Shown here piece after piece: positions 36,880-47,221 of a DNA stretch of 64,000 nt. Under the pieces are notes generated by a model. It ran no database searches, had not been told where the DNA came from, and saw only the letters and a program-made list of their open reading frames with translations. How positions within the stretch are numbered: the stretch's first letter is position 1; every line of letters begins with the position of its first letter. Source of the stretch: Myxococcota bacterium (lineage in GTDB: Bacteria; Myxococcota_A; UBA796; UBA2385); the NCBI GenBank assembly GCA_044344255.1, contig JBIJDH010000001.1, forward strand, positions 1-64,000. The letters run 5' to 3'. Position numbers and translations under genes: made by a program.

Positions 36880-39537
36880 TCAGAACAGAGAGCCGATCGA
36901 GAAGTCGAAGACCGCCTTCCGCTCGTCCTCCTTCGGGTTGATGGGGAAGCCCCACTCGAAGCGGAGCGGCCCCATCGGGCTGAACCAGCGAAGGCCGAAG
37001 CCATAGGAGGCCCGAAGATCGAGCAAGCTGACGTGGCCGTTGCCCCAGGGATCACCGAAGGCGTTGCCCGCGTCGAAGAAGAGCACCGTGCTGATGCCCG
37101 CCGCCTTGATGATCGGCTCTTCGAGCTCGAAGTTGTTGATCCAGGTCTCGGTCCCGCCAACCACCAGACGATCGTCGGGCGCGGTGGGATCGTCGGAGCC
37201 CGTGAAGATCGAGCGCTGCGCCGTCTTGAAGCCCGTCGCCCGCACGGCCGGACCGAGCGTGTACCAGTCGTAGCCGCGCACCGAGTTGATGCCGCCGGCC
37301 CGAAAGCGCTGGATGTAGGGGACCATCGTGCCGTCGGTGCTGCCGATTCGACCCAGCGTCCCGTTGTACTTGAAGATCACCCACTCCTTGCCCGGGATGA
37401 CCGGGTGGAAGGCTCGGAAGTTGATCTTCGTCTCGTAGTAGTTGAAGTCACCGCCGAAGACCTGCACCAGCGTCTCTTCGTCGGAGCGGAACCCACCGGC
37501 CAACGAGGCCGAGGCCGTGCCGTAGATGCCACGGGTGGCCTGGATGCGGTTGTTCCGCTTGTCCACCACGAGCGAGAGGCCACCCGAGCTCGAGAGGCCG
37601 TTTCGGTACAGCTCTCCGCCGAACAGGCGCTCCTTGTAGGCGTCGAGGTTGTTGAGCCCCGTGTCTTCGAAGGTGTAGGTGAACTCCATACGCATGTCGT
37701 CGCGCCGGTCGAGGTAGCGACCGATCGAGATGTCGCCGCCGCGCTGGTACTCGTCCTCGATGAACTGCCGGGCGATCGAGTAACCGTCGATGCGGGCGGT
37801 CCAGCGGGAGTCGAGGAAGTAGGGGTCGTAGAGCTGAAGGTTCCACTGCTGACGGCTGCGGGAGACGTTGGCCGCCGCGCTCATCACGTAGCCGAGGCCG
37901 AGGAAGTTGTTCTTCGAGACGTTCAAGGTGAGCATGAAGTTCTCGATGTTCGAGAAGCCCGCGCCCACCGAGAAGGAGCCGGTGGGCTGCTCGGTGACGT
38001 CCACCTTCATGTCGAGCGAGTCGGGCATCGAGGCCCGCGGGGTGCTGATCTTCACCTCTTCGAAGTAGCCGAGCCGGTCGAGGCGCTGCCGGGCGTCCTT
38101 GATGGCGCTCCCCGAGTAGATGTCACCCTCGTTGATCGGGATCTCGCGGCGCACCACCTTGTCGTAGGTGGGGTCGTTGCCGGTGATGTCGATCCGGTTG
38201 ATCCGGACCTTGTCGCCGCGCTGGATCACGAAGGTGATGTCCACCGTCTCCGAGGCACCATCGGGCTGGGTGTCGGGGATGACGTTGGCGAAGGCGTAGC
38301 CCTGATCGCCGTAGAGATCGGTGATCTCCTGCATCGTGGTCTGCAGGGTGGTCAGCTTGAACCAGTCGCCCGTCTTCATCTTGGCGTTGTCGGGCTCAAA
38401 GTCGAAGCGGAGCTTACCGCCCTCTTCCCAGCCGTTGGGCAGGGGCTGTCCCTCCCCGACCTCTTCGCGTGCCTTGGCCCATCGACTGTGGAGGACCTTC
38501 GCCTTCTTGCCCTCCAGCACCTGCCGAACCGCGGACTCCGTCAGCCCCTCTTCTTCGACGAAGTCACCGGAGATCTTCAGCTTCCCGATTCGGTACCGCG
38601 TCCCTTCGGTGACGTTCATCGTGATGTAGATGTACCGCTTGTCCGGGGACAGGAACACGCTCGGCTCGTCCACCTTGACATCGACGTAGCCCTCCTCGAG
38701 GAAGACGCTCCGCACAACGTCGGCGTCCTCCCGCAGGGAGGCCTCGTTGAAGGCCCCCTTCGAGGAAAGCCAGGGCAACATCCCCGCCTCTTTCGTCTTG
38801 AGGTAGCGGGTGATCTTGCGATCGGCGAGGTGGTCGTTGCCGGTGATGTCGATCCGCTGGACCAGCACCTTCCGGTGCTCGACGATCTGGAAGGTGAGCT
38901 CGACCAGCCCGTCGCCGGTGTCTCGGAGCACGGGCTCCACCTCGGCGAGGTAATAGCCCTTCTCGATGTACTTATCGCGGATCTGTCGGATGTTCTGCTT
39001 GACGTCCGACTCATTGAGGACGCTGAAGGCGGTGATGTCGATCACCTCAAAGAGCGCGTCGTCATCCAGCTTCTTGTTGCCCTCGAGCTTCACCTCGCGA
39101 ATGGCGGGCTTCTCCTTGAGGTCAAAGACGAGGATGACCGAACCCGGCTCGTCGGGGGCCGGGATGGAGTCGACCCGCACGTCGTCCACGAAGCCGGTGC
39201 CGTACACCGCCTTGACGTCGCGCCGCACGGCCCAGTCGCTGAGCTCGTCGCCGGCGCGCAGGCCGATCGCGGCGAGGATCGCCGCCTCCTCGACCCGCTT
39301 GAGGCCGCGGAGGCGAACCGCGGTGATGCGCCCCTTGGCCGCGAGGGGCTCCTCGGAGAAGGGCGCCTCCGCCGAAGCGCTGGAGGCCGGGGCCACCCCC
39401 GACGGGGCGGCCGGGGGAGCGGCCTCGGGGACCGCGGATGGGGGGACCGCGGGTGGTGCGCCCGCGGCGGGCTCCTCGGCCCAGGCCGTGAGCCCGGCCG
39501 TGAGGGCCAACAAACCGAACAAGGACCGCTGGATCAC
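36880..39537 (-). CDS. bamA: Outer membrane protein assembly factor BamA
   Basis: Five POTRA units, VRGY motif, WFSPMGPLRF, C-terminal FSIGSLF. Confidence 0.96.
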   Translation of the reverse strand: MIQRSLFGLLALTAGLTAWAEEPAAGAPPAVPPSAVPEAAPPAAPSGVAPASSASAEAPFSEEPLAAKGRITAVRLRGLKRVEEAAILAAIGLRAGDELSDWAVRRDVKAVYGTGFVDDVRVDSIPAPDEPGSVILVFDLKEKPAIREVKLEGNKKLDDDALFEVIDITAFSVLNESDVKQNIRQIRDKYIEKGYYLAEVEPVLRDTGDGLVELTFQIVEHRKVLVQRIDITGNDHLADRKITRYLKTKEAGMLPWLSSKGAFNEASLREDADVVRSVFLEEGYVDVKVDEPSVFLSPDKRYIYITMNVTEGTRYRIGKLKISGDFVEEEGLTESAVRQVLEGKKAKVLHSRWAKAREEVGEGQPLPNGWEEGGKLRFDFEPDNAKMKTGDWFKLTTLQTTMQEITDLYGDQGYAFANVIPDTQPDGASETVDITFVIQRGDKVRINRIDITGNDPTYDKVVRREIPINEGDIYSGSAIKDARQRLDRLGYFEEVKISTPRASMPDSLDMKVDVTEQPTGSFSVGAGFSNIENFMLTLNVSKNNFLGLGYVMSAAANVSRSRQQWNLQLYDPYFLDSRWTARIDGYSIARQFIEDEYQRGGDISIGRYLDRRDDMRMEFTYTFEDTGLNNLDAYKERLFGGELYRNGLSSSGGLSLVVDKRNNRIQATRGIYGTASASLAGGFRSDEETLVQVFGGDFNYYETKINFRAFHPVIPGKEWVIFKYNGTLGRIGSTDGTMVPYIQRFRAGGINSVRGYDWYTLGPAVRATGFKTAQRSIFTGSDDPTAPDDRLVVGGTETWINNFELEEPIIKAAGISTVLFFDAGNAFGDPWGNGHVSLLDLRASYGFGLRWFSPMGPLRFEWGFPINPKEDERKAVFDFSIGSLF

Positions 39538-40235
39538 GCCTCCTCCCGCATCTCGTGGAGCCGCCCGTCCGCGAGCACGAAGCGCCGATCGAGGCGCTTC
39601 GCCAGCTCATGGGAATGGGTGACGATGACCAGCGTGCTGCTGAGCTCGGCGTTCAACGCGAGCAGCAGATCGAAGACCTCACCTGCGGTGGTGGGGTCGA
39701 GGTTCCCGGTGGGCTCGTCGGCGAGCAGGAGCCCCGGCCGCCGAACCAGCGCTCGGGCGATGGCCACCCGCTGCTGCTCACCGCCCGACAGCTCGCCTGG
39801 GCGGTGCTTCAAGCGGGCGCCGAGGCCCACCCGGACAAGGAGCTCTCGCGCCGCCCCTTCAGCCTGCTTCGGCGGCTCTCCCGCGATCAGCGCTGGGATC
39901 ATCACGTTGTGAAGCGCGTCCTGATCGGGGAGCAGATGATGAAACTGAAACACGAAGCCGATCTCACGGTTGCGGAGCGCGTCCAGCTCCGAGGGAGACC
40001 GGGAGAAGAGGTCGCGGTCGGCGAACCATATCCTCCCCGCCGTCGGCCGGTCCAATGTGCCGAGCAAGTGGAGCAGCGTGCTCTTGCCGGAGCCCGACTG
40101 CCCGAGGATGGCGATCCGCGAGCCCGGATCGAGGGTGAGGTCTACCCCCCGGAGGATGTGCAGGGCGCTGCCCCCCTTGCGGAAGGTCTTCTCCACCCCC
40201 TCGAGGCGGATCTGGCCGATGCCCGACTTGTTCAT
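39534..40235 (-). CDS. lolD: Lipoprotein-releasing ABC transporter ATPase
   Basis: GQSGSGKST, FVFQFHHLL, LSGGEQQR, DEPTGNLD. Confidence 0.92.
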   Translation of the reverse strand: MNKSGIGQIRLEGVEKTFRKGGSALHILRGVDLTLDPGSRIAILGQSGSGKSTLLHLLGTLDRPTAGRIWFADRDLFSRSPSELDALRNREIGFVFQFHHLLPDQDALHNVMIPALIAGEPPKQAEGAARELLVRVGLGARLKHRPGELSGGEQQRVAIARALVRRPGLLLADEPTGNLDPTTAGEVFDLLLALNAELSSTLVIVTHSHELAKRLDRRFVLADGRLHEMREEA

Positions 40236-41542
40236 TCGTACCGCAGCCCCTCGATGGGATCGATGCGCGCCGCCATCGTCGAGGGGTAGAGCGTCGCCAC
40301 CCAGGAGATGAGCACCGCCAGCGCCGCCACCACCACCACCGTCATCGGCTCCACGATGACCGGGAGCTTGTCTACGAAGTAAATATCGGTATCAAGGGGA
40401 AATTCGTAGCGCGCCAGCGCCCAACAGCCTGCGAGGCCGAGCACGGTGCCGATGCTCGTGCCCACGAGGCCGATGATCAGCCCCTCAAGCTGAAAGATCG
40501 CCCGGATCGCCCCTGTGCTGGCCCCCATCGCGCGAAGGATCGAGATCTCGCGGGTCCGGGACACCACGACGATGATCAAGAAGCCAAAGATGTTGAGCGC
40601 CGCCACGACGACGATCAGGGCGAGGATGAGCCCCATCACCACCTTCTCCAGCTTCATCGCGGAGAACAGGCTCTTGTTCAGGTTCTTCCAGTTCTTCACG
40701 ACGAAGGAGGCGCCGAGCGCGTCTTGCACCCGCTCCGCGATGGGCTCGACCCCGTCGATGTCCGAGACCTTGGCCTCGATGCCGGTGGCGACGTCGCCGC
40801 TCTCGAGGAAGACCTGCGCCCCCTCGATGGTCACGTAGGTCCACTTGCTGTCGTACTCGTACATCCCCGAGTGGAAGACGCCGGCCACCCGGAAGGGCCG
40901 CACCTTGGGCACGGGCATGCCCATCGGGCCCGTGCCGCCGCCGATGGGGTTGATCACGAAGAGGCGGTCACCGACGAAGACCTTGAGCTGATCAGCGAGC
41001 TCCTGGCCGATGACGATGCCGGGGATGACCTCCTTGTCGTCAGGGTCTTGCGAGATGGAGACGGCGGGCGTCGAGAGGCCCTGGAGCAAGGCCAGCTTGG
41101 CCTCCGCGTCTTCCTCCCCGCCGAGGAAGGGCCCCTCCGGGCCGACGGTGAGATCCTGCACGATGTGGGTGACCTTTGGGGTGCGCTCGGGATCGATGCC
41201 CTTGAGCACCACCCCCGCGCTGGCCCACTCGCTCCGCACCATCACCTCGGTGTAGACGAAGGGCGCCGCGGCGGCCACGCCTTCGCTGGCCTCCACCTTC
41301 GCCACCTCGGCCGCATAGTCTGGGATCCCGGCGCCGTACTGCAGCACCACGATGTGCGCGTTGCTGCCGAGGATCTTGTCCCGAAGGTCAATCTCGAAGC
41401 CCTCCATCACCGCGAGCACCATGATCAGGGCCGTCACGCCCACCATCACCCCGATCATCGAGATGAAGGTGATGGCCGAGACGCCCACGTCGTGGCGACG
41501 GGAGCGGAGGTGGGACAGGGCGACCAGCAAGGCGAAGCGCAT
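40232..41542 (-). CDS. lolE: Lipoprotein-releasing ABC transporter permease LolC/E
   Basis: GVTALIMVLAVMEGF, REISILRAMGA, ends AARIDPIEGLRYE. Confidence 0.88.
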   Translation of the reverse strand: MRFALLVALSHLRSRRHDVGVSAITFISMIGVMVGVTALIMVLAVMEGFEIDLRDKILGSNAHIVVLQYGAGIPDYAAEVAKVEASEGVAAAAPFVYTEVMVRSEWASAGVVLKGIDPERTPKVTHIVQDLTVGPEGPFLGGEEDAEAKLALLQGLSTPAVSISQDPDDKEVIPGIVIGQELADQLKVFVGDRLFVINPIGGGTGPMGMPVPKVRPFRVAGVFHSGMYEYDSKWTYVTIEGAQVFLESGDVATGIEAKVSDIDGVEPIAERVQDALGASFVVKNWKNLNKSLFSAMKLEKVVMGLILALIVVVAALNIFGFLIIVVVSRTREISILRAMGASTGAIRAIFQLEGLIIGLVGTSIGTVLGLAGCWALARYEFPLDTDIYFVDKLPVIVEPMTVVVVAALAVLISWVATLYPSTMAARIDPIEGLRYE

Positions 41543-41576
41543 CAGGGCTGAGCATCCCCCCGAGGGCCTTCCTTGT

Positions 41577-41620
41577 TCCCCTCCGCGACGCTGCTCCCCT
41601 CCGCGACGCTGCTCCCCTCC
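41577..41620. repeat. Intergenic 18-bp tandem repeat (about 2.4 copies)
   Basis: tcccctccgcgacgctgc repeated directly, upstream of lolC/E. Confidence 0.75.
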
Positions 41621-41763
41621 ACGAGGCTTCTCCCGCACCCTCGCCCACCGGTGGCGCGGAGGCCCAAGCCGACGCGGCGCGTTGGAGCGCGGCGACAACC
41701 CTCAAGGGCGAGGGAGGCGAGGAGCGGGGTCATCGGAGCTTCGACCTCGGAGGGGCCGCCGGC

Positions 41764-42930
41764 TTAACCGGGTTCTTGCGCGCTGGCGTCCCCCGCCGCG
41801 GCGTTGACCCGCGCGAAGCGGGGCCGATAGCTGAGCTCGACCATCAAGCGGCGGAAGACCTCAAGCGGCATCGAGGACCGGCCGTGAGCGTCGATGACCT
41901 CGGTCTCGGCGCCCTCCATCCAAGGGGAGACCGGATCGAGCGGGTCTTCGAAGTACACGCGCCCAGCTCGAAGATCGTAGACCCGCACCTTGTGAGGCAA
42001 GGTGCGAAGCGGGTCCTCACCCACCCGTCGCACCGTCCGGTCGCGGCTGGTCTCGGTCTCCAGCGTGACAAAGACGCTCTCGCCGGCGCGAGCCGAACGC
42101 TCCACGATGGAGAGCCCATCGCGAAAGATGTCTGGGAGCGAAGAGGTGTCGAGGCCGAGCGCCGCCAACCGCTCGGCGACGCGGCTCTGCTCGACGGAGA
42201 GGGTCTCCCAGGTCTCACCGGTGACGGCCTCCAACAGGCGGTCGAAGGCGCCGAGCCCCACCCCGCTGCCGGTGTTCCGGTCGCCGCCCGCGGCGCCGGC
42301 TGGGCCGAGGTCCGTGGGTGCCCCCGGCGCCGCGGAGACGGGCTCGAAGTGCCCATCGTCGAGGTTCCGATAGTCCAGGTTCGGGTAAGCGAGCTCCATC
42401 AGCGCCACCTGAAGCAGGCGGCTCACCGGGCTCCGCCGCGCCTCCGCCACCGTCCAGCGTAAGGCCTCTTCGTCGCGCAGCAGCTCCACCCCGGGGCTGA
42501 GCTCGACCGCACCGGTCGGGCCGGCGAGGCCCACCACGAGTCGCGCGTACTCGGCCGGATGGCGGAGGGCGAGGTGAACCTCGACGCAGGTCACGGCGCA
42601 GGTGCCTTTGTGCCCCTGGTTGATGCGCCCGGGCTCGGCGAGGTTGCGCAGCAGCTCTCCCAGGAGGCGGACGGCGCCAGGCTCGAGGGCGAGGGAGGAC
42701 GCCACACCGCCGATCAAGAGCCGATCGACGCTCTGCGCGAGGGTGTCCCCCCGACGATCGGCGCGGACCCAGAGCTCTCGCTCGCAGATCGTGTGGAGCG
42801 CCTCCGCGCAGCGCTGCCGCCAAGTCGCGGCGTCTTCTCCCGGCGGGAAGGGGTACACCCCGACCAGGGGGCCGTCGAGGACCCGAAGGGCCCGCGCCAC
42901 ACAGCGGTGCTCCACGGCCGCCGGGGCCAT
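41764..42930 (-). CDS. Hypothetical protein, candidate papain-like cysteine peptidase
   Basis: INQGHKGTCAVT and LPHKVRV...VYFEDP. Confidence 0.55.
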   Translation of the reverse strand: MAPAAVEHRCVARALRVLDGPLVGVYPFPPGEDAATWRQRCAEALHTICERELWVRADRRGDTLAQSVDRLLIGGVASSLALEPGAVRLLGELLRNLAEPGRINQGHKGTCAVTCVEVHLALRHPAEYARLVVGLAGPTGAVELSPGVELLRDEEALRWTVAEARRSPVSRLLQVALMELAYPNLDYRNLDDGHFEPVSAAPGAPTDLGPAGAAGGDRNTGSGVGLGAFDRLLEAVTGETWETLSVEQSRVAERLAALGLDTSSLPDIFRDGLSIVERSARAGESVFVTLETETSRDRTVRRVGEDPLRTLPHKVRVYDLRAGRVYFEDPLDPVSPWMEGAETEVIDAHGRSSMPLEVFRRLMVELSYRPRFARVNAAAGDASAQEPG

Positions 42931-43066
42931 CAGGGAGCCAGCCCCCGGCCCGGCGGCCGGAGAAGATCGGTGAAAAGAGCGGGGCGATAAGGGGGAGACA
43001 TGGAGGCCCCGGCGGGACGCGCGTGCGATGGTGGTTCCGGGTTAAGCCGCCCGCCCGGAGTCTTCC

Positions 43067-43594
43067 ATGCCAACCTCCCTCGTCGGTCACCCCTCGCCTC
43101 CCTCTTCACCTCCCTCTTCGCCCCGCCCCTCGGCCTGGCCCCTCCTCATCAGCCTCGTTGGCCTCCTCGCCGCCGTCGGCTGCGACAAGGCCGAGACCGC
43201 AGACGCCTGCACCGAGATCGGCTGCGAGGACGGCTTCGCCCTCGAGATCCAGCGCGTCGGCTGGGAGGAGGGCAGCTACACCCTCCAGATCACCGCCGAC
43301 GGCCGCCAGACCAGCTGCAGCGTGACCATCCCGCTCCCCGCCGAGGGCGGCGCCTGCGATCGGCCCGGCTACCTCTTCGAGACCTCCGGCTCCGAGCTCG
43401 ACGTCTCCGAGCAGGCGATCACCGGCCTCTTCGTCGCAGGCGCGGACTACGCCTCGCTCACCACCATCCTTTCGCTCGACGGCGTCGAGCTGGCCTCGGA
43501 GACCTGGACCCCCACCTTCGAGGAGGTCCAGCCGAACGGCCCCGACTGTGAGCCCACCTGCGAGAGCGCCGACGACACCTGGACCGTCCCCTGA
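43067..43594 (+). CDS. Hypothetical lipoprotein
   Basis: Lipobox AVGC, CTEIGC, C-terminal PNGPDCEPTC. Confidence 0.7.
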   Translation: MPTSLVGHPSPPSSPPSSPRPSAWPLLISLVGLLAAVGCDKAETADACTEIGCEDGFALEIQRVGWEEGSYTLQITADGRQTSCSVTIPLPAEGGACDRPGYLFETSGSELDVSEQAITGLFVAGADYASLTTILSLDGVELASETWTPTFEEVQPNGPDCEPTCESADDTWTVP

Positions 43595-43633
43595 GCCGCC
43601 CGCGGCGGCCTACAGGGCCCCGCGCGCAGCCCC

Positions 43634-44713
43634 TCAGAGCCAGCCGCGGCGGCGGAAGCCGTAGATCATCGCCAGGGAGAGCGCCAACATGAGCAGCATC
43701 ACGTCGAAGTAGCCCGATCGCCACTGGAGCTCAGGCATATGTTCGAAGTTCATGCCGTAGATGCCGACGATGAAGGTGAGCGGCATGAAGACGGTCGAGA
43801 CCACCGTGAGCACCCGCATGACGTCGTTCATCCGGTGGCTGGCCATGGCGAGGTGGAGGTCCAAAGCCCAGGCCGCCGCCTCCCGATAGCTGTCGACCGA
43901 CTCGGCGACACGGATCAGGTGATCGTGTAGATCTCCGATGTAGGGCTGCGTCTCGGCACGAATGAGCTCATCGCCGGTACGGTGGAGCGTGCCCACCACG
44001 TCCCGCAGCGGCGCCACGTCCTTCCGGAACCGTTGGATCTCTCGCCGGAGGCGGTAGATGCGCTCCGCCTGATCGGCCGCCGATCGATGGAGCACCTCCT
44101 CTTCGAGGGCCTCGACACAGCCAGCGAAGTGCTCGAGCACGAGGAAGTAGACGTCCACGATCGAGTCGACGAGCGCGTAGGCGAGGTAATCCGCGCCCGA
44201 CCGCCGCACCCTCCCCGTGCCCGCTCGGATCCGCTCGCGGACCGGATCGAAGACGTCACCGGGCAGCTCTTGGAAGGTGATCACGAAGTCTGCCCCCAGG
44301 ACGAGGCTGATCTGCTCGACCCGCGGGGAGGTGCCCTCTCCTTCCGGCGGCTGGATGATCTTCAAGACCATGAACAGATAGTCACCGTAATCTTCGAGCT
44401 TGGGCCGACTGGACGGGTTGAGGACGTCCTCGCCCACGAGCGCGTGAAGACCGAAGGCCTCGCAGACCGCGCTCACCATCTGCACGTCGTGCAGACCGTC
44501 CACGTCCACCCAGAGGACTCGCCCCCCTCCCCTCGACTCCGCGGCCCGGGACGGTGTGATCTCTCGCTCTTCGCGCACGAACCCGTGGTCGTAGACAAAG
44601 CGGTTGACCGCCACTGGGGTCCCCGACCGCTCGCCCGTGTACACCGCCGAGCCGGGCGGCAGCCCGACGTGGATCCCCGCGTGCTTGGCGTGAGCTCTTC
44701 GTTTGGCGCTCAT
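43634..44713 (-). CDS. corA: Magnesium/cobalt transporter CorA
   Basis: GLPPGS N-terminus, YGMNFEHMPEL signature. Confidence 0.95.
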   Translation of the reverse strand: MSAKRRAHAKHAGIHVGLPPGSAVYTGERSGTPVAVNRFVYDHGFVREEREITPSRAAESRGGGRVLWVDVDGLHDVQMVSAVCEAFGLHALVGEDVLNPSSRPKLEDYGDYLFMVLKIIQPPEGEGTSPRVEQISLVLGADFVITFQELPGDVFDPVRERIRAGTGRVRRSGADYLAYALVDSIVDVYFLVLEHFAGCVEALEEEVLHRSAADQAERIYRLRREIQRFRKDVAPLRDVVGTLHRTGDELIRAETQPYIGDLHDHLIRVAESVDSYREAAAWALDLHLAMASHRMNDVMRVLTVVSTVFMPLTFIVGIYGMNFEHMPELQWRSGYFDVMLLMLALSLAMIYGFRRRGWL

Positions 44714-44752
44714 GCGCTCACTCCGCGGGCTGCGCGTCGGGGTGCTTGGGGT

Positions 44753-47221
44753 TCATTTGGCGCTGGACCTCCGTCGGCGGGGCGGAGATCGCTGGTGCAA
44801 GGGAGGGAACTCGCCGAGCGGGCCCGCCTCGGGAGCGGCACCGACAGAGAGGAGGCTGCGGGGCACCGAGCCCCGGGGCAGGCCCACCCACTGATCGCCC
44901 CACGGCAGGAGGACCGCCTCGTCGGGGATGGGGAAGCGGGCCCCCGCCTCCTCACCGAGCACGGCGACGATCTCCAGCCAGGCCGGCAGGGCCGACTTCC
45001 CGCCGGTCTCTTTGTCCCCGAGCGAGGCCTGGCTGTCCGATCCGATCCAGACGGCGACGGTGTGCTTCGGCGTAAAGCCCACGAACCAGGCGTCGATGTT
45101 GTCATTGGTGGTGCCCGTCTTCCCCGCCCGGTCGTGGAGGGGGTCCCACGCGCGGCGCGCGGTGCCCTTGCGCACGACCTCCCGCAGCATGTCGGCCAGC
45201 TCGTAGGCGACCCCCGCCGGGAGGGCTCTCGGGAGGGGGCCGCCGGGCAGCCGGCCCCGGCGGACCCCGTCGATGAGGATCGGGCCCCCCGCCCGCCCGA
45301 GCTCCACCCCGGCGCTGTCCCGCAAGAGGTCGATGAAGACGGGATCGGTGGGCACGCCCATCCGAGCGATGGTGGCATAGCCGAGGGCCTGATCCATCGG
45401 CGTCACCTCGCTCGAGCCCAGCGCGATGGTGGGGTCGCGCCGGAGCGGCGACCGGACCCCCATCTGCCGCGCGAGGCGACCCACGGCCTCAGACCCCACC
45501 TCGAGGCCCAAGCGCACGGCGACCGTGTTCAGGCTCTTCGCCAGCGCGCTGCGCATCGGCAGCGGGCCGTCGTAGCTCCCGTCGTAGTTCTGGGGGCTCC
45601 AAATAGCGCCGTTGCCCGCTGGGAGGGAGAGGGGCGCGTCGAGCACAGTGTCGATCTGGGTGTGGCCGCCCAAGAGCGCCGCGCCGTAGACATAGGGCTT
45701 GAAGCTGCTCCCCGGCTGCCGGCGGCTCTGGGTGGCGCGAACGAAGCCCTCCAGACCCACCTCGTAGCCCCCGACCAGGGCCACGACCCGACCGGTCTCG
45801 TTCTCGAGCACCACCGCTGCCCCCTCTCCCCAGGGCCGGGTGTCCAGGCGCAGCCGCTCCCCCTCCTCCACGCAGACCCGCAGCACGTCTCCGGCGAGCG
45901 CGACCGCCGAGAGGGGCGCAACGGTCGGCTCCGGACCCGCGCCCCGCACCTTGAGCGCGCGGTCCGCCTCGCGGAGGGAGAAGCGGAAGGGGCCCGCGAG
46001 GAGGGTCCCGAGGTCTGCAGGCCCCCTGTCCCCTCCGGCCGCTCCGACGACGGCCTCGAAGCAGTGACCGCCCGGGGGCCGGAGGACCGCCCCGCTGCTC
46101 AGGCTGCGAGGGAGCCCGGGGGCCTCGACGAGGAAACGATCCCGCGCCCCGGCGGACAGGTTCCGCGAGGTGGCGCGGAGCCCCTGCCGCTCGTCGAGCG
46201 CGACCAGCGCCCCCCGCACCGCCTGCTCGGCCGCCGCCTGCACCGCCGGATCGAAGGCCGTGTAGACCTGGAGCCCCGCCTCATAGACGACCGAGTCGGG
46301 CAGCAGCCGCCGGAGCTCACGCCGCACCTCGGTGATGTAGGAGGCGTCGGTCCCCCGGGGCGCCTCGGTCCGCCCGCGGAGGGTGACCGGCTCCCGTTGG
46401 TAGGCCTCAGCCGCCTCCGCCGTCACATAGCCCTCCTCGACCATCGCCCTCAGCACGATGGCGCGCCGCTCGGCCGCCCGCTCGGGGCTCCGGCGCGGGG
46501 AGTAGCGGCTCGGAGACGGGATCAGCCCGGCGAGCAGCGCCGCCTGGCCGGGGTCAAGGTCACGCGCAGGGATCCCGAAGTAGTCCTGCGCCGCCGCCTC
46601 GACGCCGTAGTTTCCTGCTCCGAGGTAGATGTAATTCACGAAGAGCTCGAGCAGCTCGTCCTTGCTGAGCTCCCGCTCCAGCCGGAGGGCGAGGGCGGCC
46701 TCCTTGAGCTTTCGCTCGTAGCTGCGCTCGTTGCCCACGAGGATGTTCTTCACGAGCTGCTGCGTGATGGTCGAGCCGCCTTGCGCGACCCCGCCGGCCT
46801 GCAGGTTCGTCCAGAGGGCCCGGGCGATGCCCTGATAGTCCACGCCGTGGTGGCGGTAGAAGCGACGGTCTTCGGCGGCGATGAAGGCGCGCTGGGTGAC
46901 CGTGGAGAGCTCGGACAGCGGGACCCAGATCCGGCGCTCGAGGTAGAACTCGTCAATGAGGGCGCCGTCGCTCCCATAGACCCGGGCGGAGGTCGGCGGC
47001 CTCCAGGTGCGGAGGCTGCTCAGGTCTTGCGGGAGATCGACGAGGATGTTCTGTTTCACCCACCAGCCCGCCCCGAGCGCTCCCAACAGCCCGAGCAGGA
47101 GCAGCACCATCCCCGCCCGCAGCCACCACCAGACCGCACGACCGCACCAGCGGAGCGCGCGTCGAAAGCGGCTCCCCTCCGCGCTGCTCACCCTCGGCTT
47201 GTCCTGCGGCTCCTGGCTCAC
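44753..47221 (-). CDS. Class A penicillin-binding protein (PBP1A family)
   Basis: EDRRFY.H.G, GGSTITQQL, RKLKE; SSFK, SLN, KTGT; start uncertain (47221 or 47110). Confidence 0.9.
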   Translation of the reverse strand: MSQEPQDKPRVSSAEGSRFRRALRWCGRAVWWWLRAGMVLLLLGLLGALGAGWWVKQNILVDLPQDLSSLRTWRPPTSARVYGSDGALIDEFYLERRIWVPLSELSTVTQRAFIAAEDRRFYRHHGVDYQGIARALWTNLQAGGVAQGGSTITQQLVKNILVGNERSYERKLKEAALALRLERELSKDELLELFVNYIYLGAGNYGVEAAAQDYFGIPARDLDPGQAALLAGLIPSPSRYSPRRSPERAAERRAIVLRAMVEEGYVTAEAAEAYQREPVTLRGRTEAPRGTDASYITEVRRELRRLLPDSVVYEAGLQVYTAFDPAVQAAAEQAVRGALVALDERQGLRATSRNLSAGARDRFLVEAPGLPRSLSSGAVLRPPGGHCFEAVVGAAGGDRGPADLGTLLAGPFRFSLREADRALKVRGAGPEPTVAPLSAVALAGDVLRVCVEEGERLRLDTRPWGEGAAVVLENETGRVVALVGGYEVGLEGFVRATQSRRQPGSSFKPYVYGAALLGGHTQIDTVLDAPLSLPAGNGAIWSPQNYDGSYDGPLPMRSALAKSLNTVAVRLGLEVGSEAVGRLARQMGVRSPLRRDPTIALGSSEVTPMDQALGYATIARMGVPTDPVFIDLLRDSAGVELGRAGGPILIDGVRRGRLPGGPLPRALPAGVAYELADMLREVVRKGTARRAWDPLHDRAGKTGTTNDNIDAWFVGFTPKHTVAVWIGSDSQASLGDKETGGKSALPAWLEIVAVLGEEAGARFPIPDEAVLLPWGDQWVGLPRGSVPRSLLSVGAAPEAGPLGEFPPLHQRSPPRRRRSSAK

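Noticed and set aside
36817..39912. 1031-aa plus-strand ORF
   Set aside because: Antisense shadow of bamA/lolD
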